In this document: piece by piece, positions 31,987-59,385 of the stretch
How positions within the stretch are numbered: the first letter of the stretch is position 1
How the letters are laid out: the number at the start of each line of letters is the position of its first letter
Assembly: GCF_009914755.1 (NCBI RefSeq)
Contig: NC_060934.1
Origin: the human T2T-CHM13v2.0 reference genome, Homo sapiens
Reading direction: 5' to 3' (one strand)
Length of the DNA stretch: 64,000 bases
Notes under the pieces: model-generated
Database searches by the model: none
Seen by the model: the letters and a program-made list of their open reading frames with translations, nothing else
What the model was told of the DNA's origin: nothing
Made by a program: the position numbers and the translations under genes

Positions 31987-34506
31987 TTAATCTCTCTGAG
32001 TTTAAGAGGGAGATAGGAGTTGCTGCCTTGTGGGATTGTTGTAAGGATTCAGTGACATATGTGAGGTACCTGGCACATAACTGGGATTGAATATACAGTA
32101 ACTGTCATCAAGCTGTAGTTACCTCCAGCAGCTGAGGTTGGCTTCCCTTGGACATTTGGGGCAGGTTCCATTGGGGAAGAACACGTCAGTATCTGTTGGA
32201 AATTGATTTTTTGGAAGCTCTTGTTGCAAATAGGCAGGATGGTGCATATTTAACCTCCCCCAAAATTTATGGTTTCAGCAATCATAAACAATTCTTCAGT
32301 CAGCCAGAGAAGAACAATCCACAGTTGTTCTTCCTGGTACAGTGAGTAGCTAAGAACATAGGCTCGGAGGTTACACAGATATGGGTGGAAATCCTGGGTC
32401 CACAGCTTCCTAGCTGTATGGCTTTGGGCCAATTATTTTACCATTCTGAGCCTCATGTCCTCATCTGTAAAACAGGATGACACTTGGACCTAATGTGAGG
32501 CTTGTGGTGAAGATGAAATGAGGGTGCACGGGAACCACTGAGAGCCGTGTGTGGCACGTGGGTGTGTGTGCAGTCAATGCCCGCTCTCTATCATTTATCC
32601 CTGCCCCTCAGAGGCCATTTCCACAGATTTGGAAGGCCCGCTGAGCCATTCAACATTTGCTCCCAACAGGGGTGATTAGTTCATGTAATGCTAGCATTAA
32701 GCAAAAGACTGCCTGAAACGTCCTCTGGCCCAGCTCCGGTGCTGGAGTGACCTAGTTAGCTGTGTGTCCCAGGCTCAGCCCTCCCCCTGGGTAGCTTCTC
32801 GGTTTTTTTTTTTTTCTCTGCACCTCTCCCTGCACCCTTAGCTGGTTTTAAAAAAATCTGTCCCTCTCTCCATCAGCCTGGGCAAGAGTGGCTTCTCACT
32901 GCATGGAGGTCTGCAGGCAGCCTGTGGCTTTTCTTTGATTCAACATGCTTTTCTTTTTGGAAAATTGCTTGTCTTTCTGCTTTGTTTCTTATTGAAACTC
33001 ATGTTTTGATTTGATGACTCAAGGAACTTACTTACAGTGTCTAACCATCATGAAGTTTTGTAGTTTAAAACCTATAGGTACTGAATTTATTTTAATGCTA
33101 GAGTATTTAAAAATGGCAGCATGCATATGTATATACCCCATAAGCATATGTAACCATTTATTTAAAATACCCTTTTGGGGGATTTTTGCATGGGAGTTGG
33201 GAGAAGATCTCAAAAACTTTAAATGTCCCAGGTCACAGGATGTTAGTGTTAACACTTGGGGAGCTAATTTCCAAATCAGCCATGATTTCTCCTCTTGACC
33301 TGTCCATTTTAGTCCCTGTGGAAGCCAGACAATGTCCGGGATCTTGATTTACTGGTGCCTCTATCACAGGCTGAGCAGAGGAAGAAAAAGCTCCTCCAGC
33401 TGAAAGTAGTCAGTATTTCTAGTTGTTGAGAGGACCTTTCTCTCTCTTTCATGACCACAACACAGATCACTGAAATTGGTTTTACAATAAATTGGATTTG
33501 GTGCTGTAAATGGAATCCTAAAGGTATCGTATTAAATAAAACCTCAGACAGTTTCTGATGTTCAAGTGACAGTCTTGCCTGCCTCCCCACACAACCCTGT
33601 CCCTTCGTACAAGGCCCAAAGTGTTGTGAAAAAGAAAAACCCTAGACCTTTGTAGCTTTGAAAAATTTGTGGATGGAGAGAAGAGAAGCTGTACCAAGCC
33701 AGGAGGTATCGGAGTGACCAGCAGGCCAGCGTCCCCTGCCCCCAAATATCCTCCCATTTATGGGCTAATACTTCCTTAACCTTGAAAGAAGACTGCTTCA
33801 AATTTGCCTTAAAACTTGAGAAGATATAAATACCTCAAAATAGGTTGAGAGGCTGCCAGTCATTTACTATGTAAGTGATTTTAAGGAAAGAACTTTTTCT
33901 CAATACTTGATTAGCATTTGAATGGCAGGCAGAAGGAGGAAGAAGTAATTTCGTCCCGGGAGGCTCAAATGGGTCGCAACCTGGGGAGTTGAGGGCTGAG
34001 TGAGGCAAGGTGGTAATGATGCATTGAGGCTTTGGGGAATAGAACCCGTAAACCAACCTACATCAACTATTGCCAAATTGGGCCCTAAACTGTCCTGGGC
34101 TCTGGAAAGGGAGGCTGCTGTGTCGCTGCCTCTCCCATCTTTCTTTCTTTCTCCCGGGCCAGGCCGGGACTGCAGATACTGTCACAGCTCTACCATGGAC
34201 GCCAGGGCTTCTTTAGGTTGGAATAGTGTCCACGTCACCAGGAAAAATTCCACTTCTGTAAGAAAATATGCCTCAAAACAACAACAACAGCAACAACAAG
34301 CTTTCAATGATCTCTTGGAACAGACTTTGCATATAAGTTGGGGACATCCTGTATGTGGCAATAACGTACAAGAATTATGCTCTTTGGATTTTTTGGGTGT
34401 GTGTTAGCATGGTCAGTAAAAATGGAGTTTGGGGCCCTAGTCGTGATGGACAAACAATGTTGGCTTTCTTTGGTGCTTTCAGCTTCTTGACAAATGGATA
34501 TAATAA

Positions 34507-34758
<252 letters not shown>

Positions 34759-34846
34759 TGATCTGCCTGCCTTGGCCTCCCAAAGTGCTGGGATTACAGG
34801 CATGAGCCACTGTGCCTGGCCCTTTTTTTTTTTTTTTTTTTTTTAA

Positions 34847-35134
<288 letters not shown>

Positions 35135-35163
35135 TGACTGTTTTTTAAAAATTATAGTTAAAC

Positions 35164-35349
35164 GCCTCCTCCAGCCATTGAATATAGCTGGCTGATATTA
35201 CCTAAGTTTGGGGTTCCGTCTCCTGGCTTTGGAGCCTCCCCTACCCCCCGCCGGTCTGTGTACAGGGAAGCTGCTTCTTTCTTTCTTCCCCCTTCTTTCT
35301 TGCCTATTAAACTCTCTGCTCCTTAAAACAAAAGACAAAAAACAAAAAA
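35164..35349 (+). mobile_element. LTR10-like (ERV1/HERV-I group) U3/R fragment ending in an A-rich tail
   Basis: ggctttggagcctccc...tgtacagggaagct...cttcttgcctATTAAActctctgctccttaaaac followed by aaaagacaaaaaacaaaaaa. Confidence 0.7.
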
Positions 35350-37320
<1,971 letters not shown>

Positions 37321-37477
37321 TTGGTGTTTTACGGTTTGCAGTGTGGTTTTTGCATCCATGATTCCTTCTGACTCTTAGTGAGTGAGCAGCAATTACTGAC
37401 CTCATTTAACAGACAAGGACATGAAGGGTCAGAGAAGTTAAATGACTCAGGTGAAGAGGTTGCTAAGAGGCATGTAG

Positions 37478-37721
<244 letters not shown>

Positions 37722-37966
37722 TAGCCAGGCTGGTCTTGAACTTCTGACCTCAGGTGATCCGCCCACCTAGGCCTCCCGAAGTACTAGGATTACAGGCCTG
37801 AGCCACCACGCATGGCCATCATTCTCATTTGATCAGGCTGCTAACAAGCTAGTTAGTGGAGCTGATGGGATAGAGAAGTACTGACTGATGTTAAAAAAAA
37901 AAGCAAAACCTCACGCTCTGTGCATGCATGTGTTATGGTATGGGAAGAGAAGGAGGCCATTGGAGT

Positions 37967-38152
37967 CAGTTGTGTGCTGATAAACTGGCCTTGGTGGGAC
38001 GGCAGTTCTGATTTGTAGCTCTTGCTGATTTCTGTGGTGTGAATACTCCCACCTGGTCTGATTTCAAGCTCCCCATGGTTTAACAACCTACTTGCAAAAT
38101 TCCTGACTTAGACTTTTAGGAGTCGCTGGAAGGTGGCTGTGGCATACCACTG
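37967..38152. mobile_element. MER63-like hAT-Blackjack MITE
   Basis: Terminal cagttgtgtgctg / ggcataccactg; internal ctgatttgtagc...gtggtgtgaatactcccacc...gatttcaagct. Confidence 0.65.
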
Positions 38153-38183
38153 AAGGAAGCAGAGGTCAGGAGTCTGGGTTTGA

Positions 38184-38603
<420 letters not shown>

Positions 38604-38654
38604 TAGATCCCAAATGAGATAAGAATGTGTGCTGCTTGGTATATATTATAGTAA

Positions 38655-38918
<264 letters not shown>

Positions 38919-39029
38919 TAGCCAGGATGGTCTCGATCTGCTGACCTCGTGATCTGCCTGCCTCGGCCTCCCAAAGTGCTGGGATTACAGGTGTAAGCCA
39001 CCACGCCCGGCCTAAAGATTATAGCTTTA

Positions 39030-39474
<445 letters not shown>

Positions 39475-39710
39475 TCATAGTCTGTTTTCTTTGGCTCTAT
39501 TTCAGTGTTGTTGTATTGTTTTCATTTTCGGTTTTTAAGTGATGGTACCCTAAGAAGAACTTAAAATTAGAACAGCAACATGCCATCCTTGTAGAGAATT
39601 TGAAAAATTTGGAAGAATATAAAGAAGACAGTAAGAATCAGTTGTTGGGCTGGGCTCAGTGGCTCACACCTGTAATCCTAGCACTTTGGCAGGCCAAGGT
39701 GGGTGAATCA

Positions 39711-39980
<270 letters not shown>

Positions 39981-40602
39981 TCAGTCATTCTGCGGGGTGG
40001 GTGGCAGATCTAGGGAGAGACCCCAGAGATTAGTGGTGGAGCTGGACCTGTGGAGGTGGGGCTGTGGATCTAGACTCACTGGAGGTATTTCAGTATTTTA
40101 CTAGGTGGTGTGCCTGAGTCACTGTGCATTGGCTGTGGATATAGGGGCGGCTTTATCCCCTATAAGATAGAGTCTTCGTGAGCACAGTGGGTGTCAGACT
40201 TGAAGTTTGTCAGTAATTCGTGTAGCTTGGCAGTGATGGTGGTGATGGCCTTGCTTGGCTTATTCTCATGGTCCCCATCTCTATCCTCATGACCACTTCT
40301 AAACACATCCCCAGAATCAGCAGCGGGACAGATCCTGTCGCCAAGATGAGACCTGACGCCACAGACTTCCAGAGAGCTAATTATACTTGTGAGAAAAAGG
40401 GGATAAAAAATATTCATATCCAAGTGTGGCTGACTCTCCCTGCTTAGAGTAAGACACAGGAAGCCAGCTTCTTAGTTGCTTCATGACATAAAATAAACAC
40501 TGTTACATGCACAGTCCTGCTTTCTGCTAAGCTGCAGATGCCCTAAACCTTGAAGCCAACCCCTCTTCAGAACACAGTCTTTGGAAATTCTTGAGGTTAG
40601 AT

Positions 40603-41165
40603 CAGTGGTCCTCAATCTTTTTGGCACCAGGGATCAGTTTCGTGGAAGACAATTTTTCCATGGACGAGGGGTGGGGGGATGGTTTCAGGATGATTCAAGC
40701 ATATTACATTTATTGTGTACTTTATTCCTATTATTATTACCTATTATTATATTTATTCCTATTATTTATTTATTCCTATTATTATATTAAAATATAATGA
40801 AATAATTCTACAACTCACCGTAATGTAGAATCAGTGCGAGGCCCTGTGCTTGTTTTCCTGCAAGCCACCTGGGGGTGATGGGAGACAGTGAGGGCTCCTC
40901 AGGCATTAGATTCTCATAAGGAGCACACAACCTAGATCCCTGGTGCGCACAGTTCACAACAGGGCTTGTGTTCTGATGAGACTCTAATGCCACCGCTGAC
41001 TGAACGGGAGGTGGAGCTCAGGCAGTACTGCAAGTGATGGGGGCGTCTGTAAATACTGATGAAGCTTTGCTTGGTTGCCGGCTGCTCACCTCCTGTTTTG
41101 TTGCCCAGTTCCTAACAGGCCATGGACTGGTACAGGTCCCATGGCCTGGGGGCTGTGGACCCCTG
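40603..41165 (-). mobile_element. MER1A hAT-Charlie DNA transposon fossil, near full length
   Basis: TIR-like ends cagtggtcctcaa / ggacccctg; degenerate 8-bp TSD ggttagat/gcttagaa; internal ggcattagattctcataaggagc. Confidence 0.88.
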
Positions 41166-41185
41166 GCTTAGAAGGTGAAGTCTTT

Positions 41186-41502
<317 letters not shown>

Positions 41503-41753
41503 TTATTGTCCGGGCACAGTGGCTCATGCCTGTACTCCCAGCTACTTGGGAGGCTGAAGCAGGAGGTTCACTTGAGGTCAGGAGTTCCAGGCTCCTGGGA
41601 GATGGCACAGTTCCAGGCTATAGTGAGCCATGATGGCACTGCTATACTCTAGCCTGGGTCAAACAGCAAGACCCTATTAAAAAAAAAAAAGTTTGTTGGG
41701 TAAATGAATGGATAAGTGGAAGGAAAGGAGCATAGGCTTTGATTAGATTCATG

Positions 41754-42571
<818 letters not shown>

Positions 42572-42948
42572 TAAAACAACAACAACAAAACCATCAGATA
42601 GGATGGATTGAGTCTACTCCATGCCAGGCACTAAGAAAGTGTTGGTAAACAAAACGTGGTTCTTGTCCTGAGGGAACTTTTTGGGGAGACAGAAAAACAT
42701 GTAATTACAGTTCAGTGTGACTGTGTATCGGTAGGAAGGTGCACATATGAAGCTGAAAAGAGGGTCATCTCATCGGGATGGGGGCTCAGGGACAGTGAGC
42801 TGGGCTGTTGCCTAAGAAAGTTCCAGAAGTCAGAAATTACATAGCATTGCTCAGTGAGTATATAATGAGTTGCTATGTGTCAAAGAGGACGCCGGCTTCT
42901 GTAGGATAAAGGAATATATAGTTTTAATAATATATTTAAATAGCATTA

Positions 42949-43251
<303 letters not shown>

Positions 43252-43358
43252 TTATTAATATATTAAATATTAAATTATTTTATTATTTATTATTTAATAA
43301 TAATAGCAAATATTTACTGAGCATTTACCAGGTGTTACATACTGTGGCAAGTACAATA

Positions 43359-45528
<2,170 letters not shown>

Positions 45529-45741
45529 TATTTCACGTGAATTTTCATACTAAACCTGCACAGCCATTCAATAAAATAGATACTCTTGTCACCACCATTT
45601 TAGAGATGAGGAAACTGAGGCCCAGAGTGGTTAAGTAACTTGGCCAAGGTCACATAGACCTATCTGTCTTGAAGAATTGGGATTTGAACGTCAGTAAAGG
45701 TATCTGTCTGGGGCCAAAGCCAGTGCTCCCAGCCATTGGTT

Positions 45742-47616
<1,875 letters not shown>

Positions 47617-47798
47617 TTACAGTAATGGTTAGGAGAGCTGGCTTCTAGCCATTCCCTGTGTCCTACCATTCCCCGTGAACTCCTAAAACACGGTACCGTG
47701 TCCTACAGATCCCAGAGGCTTACCCCAGTCTCTGTGTCCTTGCTCACGTAGTATCTCCTGCTTCCAGAGCCCACCACTGATTCTTCAGGGCCAACTCA

Positions 47799-48266
<468 letters not shown>

Positions 48267-49075
48267 TCACTATGTGTTGCCCAGGCTGGTCTTGAACTCC
48301 TGGCCTCAAGTGATTCTCCCACCTCGGCCTTCCAAAGTTCTGGGATTATAGGTGTGAGCCACTCACTGCGCCTGAGCTGTTTTGCTTTCGGGAAAATTTT
48401 CTCTGATGCAACCGAAATCTTCATGAGAGCAGGGGACACTTTCTTACATGTGATCTCTTACACGTGATTTTCCAAAATACCTTGCACACTGAGTAATGGA
48501 TGGAGAGTTTATTTGGTTCTGTTTTAAAAATCCCGAGTAATGGAATTGTCTCCACGGTGGTTTAGAGAGCCTGCTTTTCTAAATGTTTTTGTTACTGATA
48601 AGTCCTTGAGAACGTTCCCCCACTATTTTCTTCCTCTGGATTTCGTCTCTATAAATCATCCCCGCCTTCCGTGTGAGGATTGCTCACTGCGTAGATTAGC
48701 TGCAATGAGTGTTTAATCCATGGGGCTTTGCCCTGCCTCCCCCCTCACCTGTTTACAGGCCCTTTTCCTTGGCTGCCACATTGCTGTGCTTGGGAAAGGG
48801 TGAGTTGTCAGGGAAATGTCATTAGGATGCTGCCTTGGTGCTGCTGGTACTCCAAAAAAAGACTCTTGCCCAGTAATGGCCCAAAGCTGAACATAAATGA
48901 CATTTGGCTTCTTCTGTCCTTCCATTTGTTGGGTATCCCGATTGCCTGTGTCCTAGGGTATCCTGCTGAATGCCATTACTCTATTATTTCCTCGTTGGGG
49001 TTTCCTCCTCTCAAACACGGCTTGTTGTAGTCTTGACATGATTTATGGGAAGCAGTGTGTATTTGGCGTTTTTCA

Positions 49076-49543
<468 letters not shown>

Positions 49544-51404
49544 TTACCCCATCACCAACCCTGTGGCTTAAGTACTGTTTGACAGATGAGGAGAACTAAC
49601 TGGCCTCCGGTCACGTGACTAAAAGAATAAGTCAGAGGGCGGGGATTTGAACCTAGATCTGTGTGAAGAAGCTTCCGGAAGGCTGTGCTGACCGAGATGG
49701 AACAGACTTTTCCAGAGCCGGCTTTGAGCCTCCTCTAGGGCAGGTCCTGGGAAACTCCACCACCGGCCAGTGGTCCAGGGAGTGCCGCCAGGGGCACCTT
49801 CATGTGTTGGTGTGAAGGGTCTTTGTTAGTTTATTATGGAATCATCAAACCTGTACTCCTGTCATGCTTCTCCTGAGGTCCGGTGGAGGCCTTGCCTGGA
49901 GCCTGGAACTGGAAATCATATTAGGCTCTGCAGATGAGAATGCAGGGTCTGGATTCCCCCACCTGCTCACACTCCTGAGAAACCTTTGTGCTGACAGAGG
50001 AATGGCCTTAGTAACCATTTTTTTTCTTTTCTTTTCTTTTTTTTTTTTGAGACAGAGTCTTGCTCTGTCGCCCAGGCTGGAGTACAGTGGCGTGATCTCG
50101 GCTCACTGCAATCTCCACCCTCTGCCTCCTAGGTTCAAGCGATTCTCCTGCCTCAGCCTCCCCAGTAGCTGGGATTACAGGCACCTGCCACCACGCCCTG
50201 CTAATTTTTGTATTTTTAGTAGAGACGGGGTTTCACCATGTTGACCAGGCTGGTCACAAATTCCTGACCTCAAGTGATCCTCCTGCCTCGGCCTCCCAAA
50301 GTGCTGGGATTACAGGTGTGAGCCACCGCACCCGGCCTTATTTTTATAGGTCAAGCACACATTTTGTTATTGCATGGCTATTTCTCTCCTGGCAAATGAA
50401 GATAATAATTTTTGAAACATCCAGAGAACCCTGAGATTTTGAATCAGGCTGTTGGCAAACAAAACAAAACAAACAAATTAAAAAAAAAATGTTCTTCCCA
50501 GTGTTCTGGCAAACAAAATGTAGTATTCTCTGAAACTTTTAAAAAAAGTGTATGATCTTTATAGCTTAGGTATCCATTGGCAAAAGGTCATGGAAAATTA
50601 AGTCAGATATCCAGAGATTCAGACAAAGTCAGCTTTATTTTCTCAAATGGCTAAAACATGTTTCTGTCCTTGTCCTCTTATATGAGTGGATGTTGTCCTG
50701 GTCACTTAAGCAGGTGAGTGAGCAGAACAGATATTCTTTGACTTGAAGCTCAATGTTCTTCCCTTAAGATTTTTTTGTTTTTGTTGCTGTCCTTGTTCTG
50801 CTCGCACTAAAATAATGATTTTTCTTTTCTTGTTACAATGTATTACAAACGTTATTCAGGAGTTTATTAGATCACATTTACTTTGTTTCAGGGCTTCTTA
50901 ATTTTAAGAAGTCATTATAAATAAGCTGTGTAATAAAGGACCCACCATATAGGAATGCACTTCAAGGGGTTTCTTCATATTTTTAATGATTGGAGAACAC
51001 CAGGAGATCGCACATGGGAAAATTAAAAATCTCGAACACCCAGTCTCTTAAGACAGATGATCTGGCATGATGTGCACAGTTGCTCATTGCTTCTGTTTAG
51101 GATATGTTTGGAAATCTCTGTGGCTCTTGTGATTTATGTGCAAGATGACCTTTTCATGTTGTCACAGGCAATTTCATAGCAATAAGAAGAAGTTTAAACT
51201 ATATCTTGCATTAGGTTAACATCCAAAGGTATTAGGAGCCAAGCTGTTGAACATTCTAGTTTGAGATTCTGATTTTGCACATGGTTAATTCCAGAGAAAG
51301 CACCCCAGGCATGCGGCCCAGCTCACAGGCCACTTCACAGGCTGTGAGGCCTCGTTCCTCTGGAGTCCAGTATGACCTCTGGGGGACTAGACACCAATTA
51401 TTTC

Positions 51405-51894
51405 CTGGGCCAGCCTCATGGGCGTTCACCCTGCCTGGCTGCCCAGGGGCCCATGTGCAAAGGGCTCCATACTTCATCTAGTGCACTGCTGTCTCCGTCT
51501 AAAGCCCTTACTACTTTTTGTTTTAATAGATATATTTTTTAGATACAGCGTCTCACTCCATTGCCCAGGCTAGGGTGAGGTGGTGCAATCATAGCTCACT
51601 GCAGCCTCTAACTCCTGTGCTCAGGTGATCTCCCTCCTCAGCCTCCTGTGTAGCTGGGACCACAGGTGCACACCACCACACTTGGCAAACTTAAATTTTT
51701 TTTTTTTTTTGTAGAAATGGGGTCTCGCTCTATTGCCCAGACTAGTCTTGAACTCCTGGCCTTGGCTTCCCAAGGTGTTGGGATTATAGGTACGAACCAC
51801 TGTGACTGGCCCCTTAGTATTTTTTTTTTTTTTGAACAAGGGTATCCCCATTTTCATTTCACACTGGGTCCCACAAATCAGGTAGCTGATCCCA
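51405..51894 (+). mobile_element. MER91A-like hAT-Tip100 MITE split by an AluJ
   Basis: gggccagcctcatgggcgt...tttgaacaaggg...cattttcatttcacactgggtcccacaaat..gtagc. Confidence 0.7.
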
Positions 51895-52113
51895 ATCCCT
51901 TTCAGTTATAAAACTTTCTTCTCTACTCTTTTTAGCCTAATATCAAAGGCTTTTTAGTGACTAAAATTTTCTTAGGGTTAGTGGTTAAGAAAGTTTATTG
52001 AGCACTAGAGTTTACTGGACACTTGCAAGGTTTTTTTCTCATGAGATCTCTATCCAAGTGTGAGCATGCATTTCTTTTTCTTTTTCTTTTCTTTTTTTTT
52101 TTTTTTGAGATAG

Positions 52114-52380
<267 letters not shown>

Positions 52381-52730
52381 TGACCAAGCATGCATTTCTT
52401 TTAGTAGAGCAAGAAAATCTTTGAGGTACTATTTTGAAGAAAATTTGAGGGGTTCCTAAAATATGGTGGCCTGCAGGCTTTCTCAGTCAATGGATCTTAT
52501 AAGTAGACAGTGGTCTCTGGACGAATATAACGCTGTTTTGGCCTGAATCTCAGCATGACTGCTCACCAGGGATCTGTCTGCATGATGCTGAACCTCTACT
52601 TATAGTTCATAAAATGGAAATCATAATTGTTTATATTATTTAGGGTCGTGATGAGGTTTTCATGAGATAAATCATCAGAGTTTCTTGTTTGTTTAATGCC
52701 TGGTGTTTAAGTGCTCAAAAATGTTAGCTA

Positions 52731-53034
<304 letters not shown>

Positions 53035-53327
53035 TCAATTAATCAATGAAAGAAAATAAAATAACTTAATTTGAGGCCAGTTTTTACCATTCAGATTCAT
53101 GGCCAGATACGACTCTACTCCTGGCTAAATATCTTTCAAAAATGTGCCAGAAAGTGGATGGATCAGTATAAATCTTTTGGGAGGACTTTTAAAAAAAAGG
53201 GTGTTGTTGGCCGGGCGCGGTGGCTCACGCCTGTAATACCAGCACTTTGGGAGGCCGAGGCGGGCGGATCATGAGGTCAGGAGATCGAGACCATCCTGCC
53301 TAACACGGTGAAACCCCGTCTCTACTA

Positions 53328-53483
<156 letters not shown>

Positions 53484-53814
53484 CTATCTCAAAAAAAAAG
53501 AAGAGGCATCGCTGATTGATTGAACATCAGGTGAAACCCTTTTTCCTTAGTTCTGAATCTAGCAGAGCAATTATTATGATACTGTCTCACCTTCCAATTA
53601 AAAGGATCAATGATTATAAATATGAGAGTAAAGGTTTTTAAGGCTACAAGGAATTCGTCACACTTGGAGCCTAGGTTTTGTAATGATTATTGAGTTTGAC
53701 AACCCAAAGGAGGCCAAACAAATCCTTCCTTTTATGAAGCTGATAACATAATTGCACTTCAGTTTTTCATGTGATTATTGCCCGGAAAAAAGGGAAGGAT
53801 TTTTCTTATCATGA

Positions 53815-53967
<153 letters not shown>

Positions 53968-54028
53968 TAAAAACACAAAAAATTAGCCAGGCATGGGGTC
54001 ACGTGCCTGTAGTCCCAGCTACTCATCA

Positions 54029-54169
<141 letters not shown>

Positions 54170-54611
54170 TCAGTTAATTGAAGGCTCACACATTTAGTAA
54201 TGATATAATTGGCCTAGTCATTTGTCAGGTTGTTTTTGAGTTAAAATGAATGGTTTGAGGTTGAGATGAAATCAATGAAAAGTATATGCCTGTGTGAAGT
54301 AGCTTGTACATTTTTATGACTCTTCCATTTTGATTTAGGTGAAAGCCTGCCTTTTCCCTTTATTGGAAATAAAAAAGGAAGTAGGAATGAAAAGAACTGG
54401 TCATGTCTTGAAAATAATAGCAAAAGGAGGTCAGCTTTGTACATACATTGAGCAGTGACAGCGGGCCCCGCCCCTTATAAAGTTGTAGAATGAATGCCGT
54501 TCCCTTCCTGGGGTGGTCACAGCTTGACTTGGGTGATTGCTTCTGAATCCTGCAAGGAGAAATCTTGGGTAGTGGTTCTTAAAAAATGTCGGAAGGACTA
54601 GAAAATCATAA

Positions 54612-54938
<327 letters not shown>

Positions 54939-55281
54939 TGAGAATTGACGATACAGTCTGAGTTCTCTGACGGTTGTGGCGTGGCATACAGAAGCAGTCC
55001 GCGTTCATGTTCGGAGTCTGTTCAGTGTTCATTGTCTTGCTAATTGGATGATCCCAGATGTGCCAATTAGCTGGTACCAGGGGCATGTTTAATTGGTAGA
55101 AATGATGAGTTCGACTGTGCTGTTGCCTGATGAGTTTTCATAGCAGAGACCTGGCGTTTTAGGTGACTTGGTACTATAAAGCAAGAGTAAAACGTTTTAA
55201 AAGAAAAAAAAACTGTTTTGCTATATACTCACGACACTTCTGACACTCATTGTGTGGGTTTTTCCACACCAGTCCATTTTC

Positions 55282-55449
55282 CTTGGAAACTGTGACTTTG
55301 AGTGAAATGACGTAACAAAACCACAATTTTTCATTTTTTTATCAGTGTTGTAATGAAATGATATTGAACAAAATGATGATATTCAAGTATGTCATTTTGC
55401 TTAAAGTCAATTTCCAAGAACTGACTGGACATTAAGTGGGGACTTGCTG
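55282..55449. mobile_element. MER82-like Tigger MITE remnant
   Basis: cttggaaactgtgacttt and its inverse aaagtcaatttccaagaac...attaagtggggacttgctg-TA. Confidence 0.55.
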
Positions 55450-55811
55450 TACCACCTTTTAGGGAGAACAGTTGAACAACAGTTGTCTGAGCTAATATTT
55501 GGAATATATTAATGAAAACCATGTTGTAGAATGTGTGCCCAGCCTCTCACTATATAGTCAGCCCCATGGACACCTTTTATCTGTGTCATATCTTGTAATG
55601 ATAATGTATGTGAAATCCTTATGGTATGCATCACACTTGTTTATACTAGATGATAAGGTACTTGTGGGTGAGCCTGACGCATGTTTTGGTAACTTACATA
55701 GGATCTTTCATATGAAATACTCAGAAATAAAGGTGCTATAGTCTGTTTATTATCATACCCAGACATAAAAATGCTAATACTGTTTAGAAAGATTTTAGCT
55801 ATAAAAGTTTA

Positions 55812-56274
<463 letters not shown>

Positions 56275-57019
56275 CTAGTAATGGACAGATCTGGGATTTG
56301 AAGCCAGTTCTTCCAAAGTGCACACATTTCCCCTGCACTTCTCTCTATGTATTCTAGCTAACCAAGCTGTTGCTCTAATATAATTTGTTTAGAGCATCAA
56401 ACCACATAATCCAGGTTTCCGGGTGTAGTTTTTTTATCTGAAGTATTTGGTACTAAATAATTAAATTAGCTAAGTGTCAAATCCCTCTTTGTTTTAGGAT
56501 TTATAGATTTAAATAAAATTAGAATAGATCTTTCCAATTTTTTTTTTTGTTGTTGTTACTGTAAAGAGCTTTTTGTGGTGGAACTAACTTTGGTGAGCAA
56601 CAGAATAAGAACTCAGGGAATGTCGAAGCAGGAAAATTGGTACAGAATTTCAGAACATGCTCAGAATAAAGCCTTTCTTTTCAGCAGTAAATTGAGTGAC
56701 TTGCAACTCGGGGAAATGTCAAATTGACATGAATGTCCATTGCTTGGACTTTATATTAGCAGGTGTTTATTTCACCACAGACATTGGGTTTTATTAAATA
56801 CGCCCATTTCAAATCTTCTTGAACTTCAGAATTACTCGAGCTTGTTATTTTCTCTTTCTTACCTAGTACAAGCATAAAGAATATTGAAAATCTGTAAGAT
56901 AACTAAATATTAAGGAAGTTGTGTATTGGGAAATAAGCATACTTAGGTCCTTTTATGAATGGACATAACAGCAAAATAACCTTTTACACAAATAGTTTTA
57001 AAAAGTCTACTCACAGAGC

Positions 57020-59385
<2,366 letters not shown>

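Noticed and set aside
41508-41690. Possible 7SL RNA pseudogene
   Set aside because: Lacks the 7SL S-domain; it is a FAM/FRAM-type Alu monomer with a small internal duplication (agttccaggct twice).
55282-55449. Imperfect inverted repeat that could be counted as a fifth inverted duplication
   Set aside because: Explained by the terminal inverted repeats of a MER82-like Tigger MITE.
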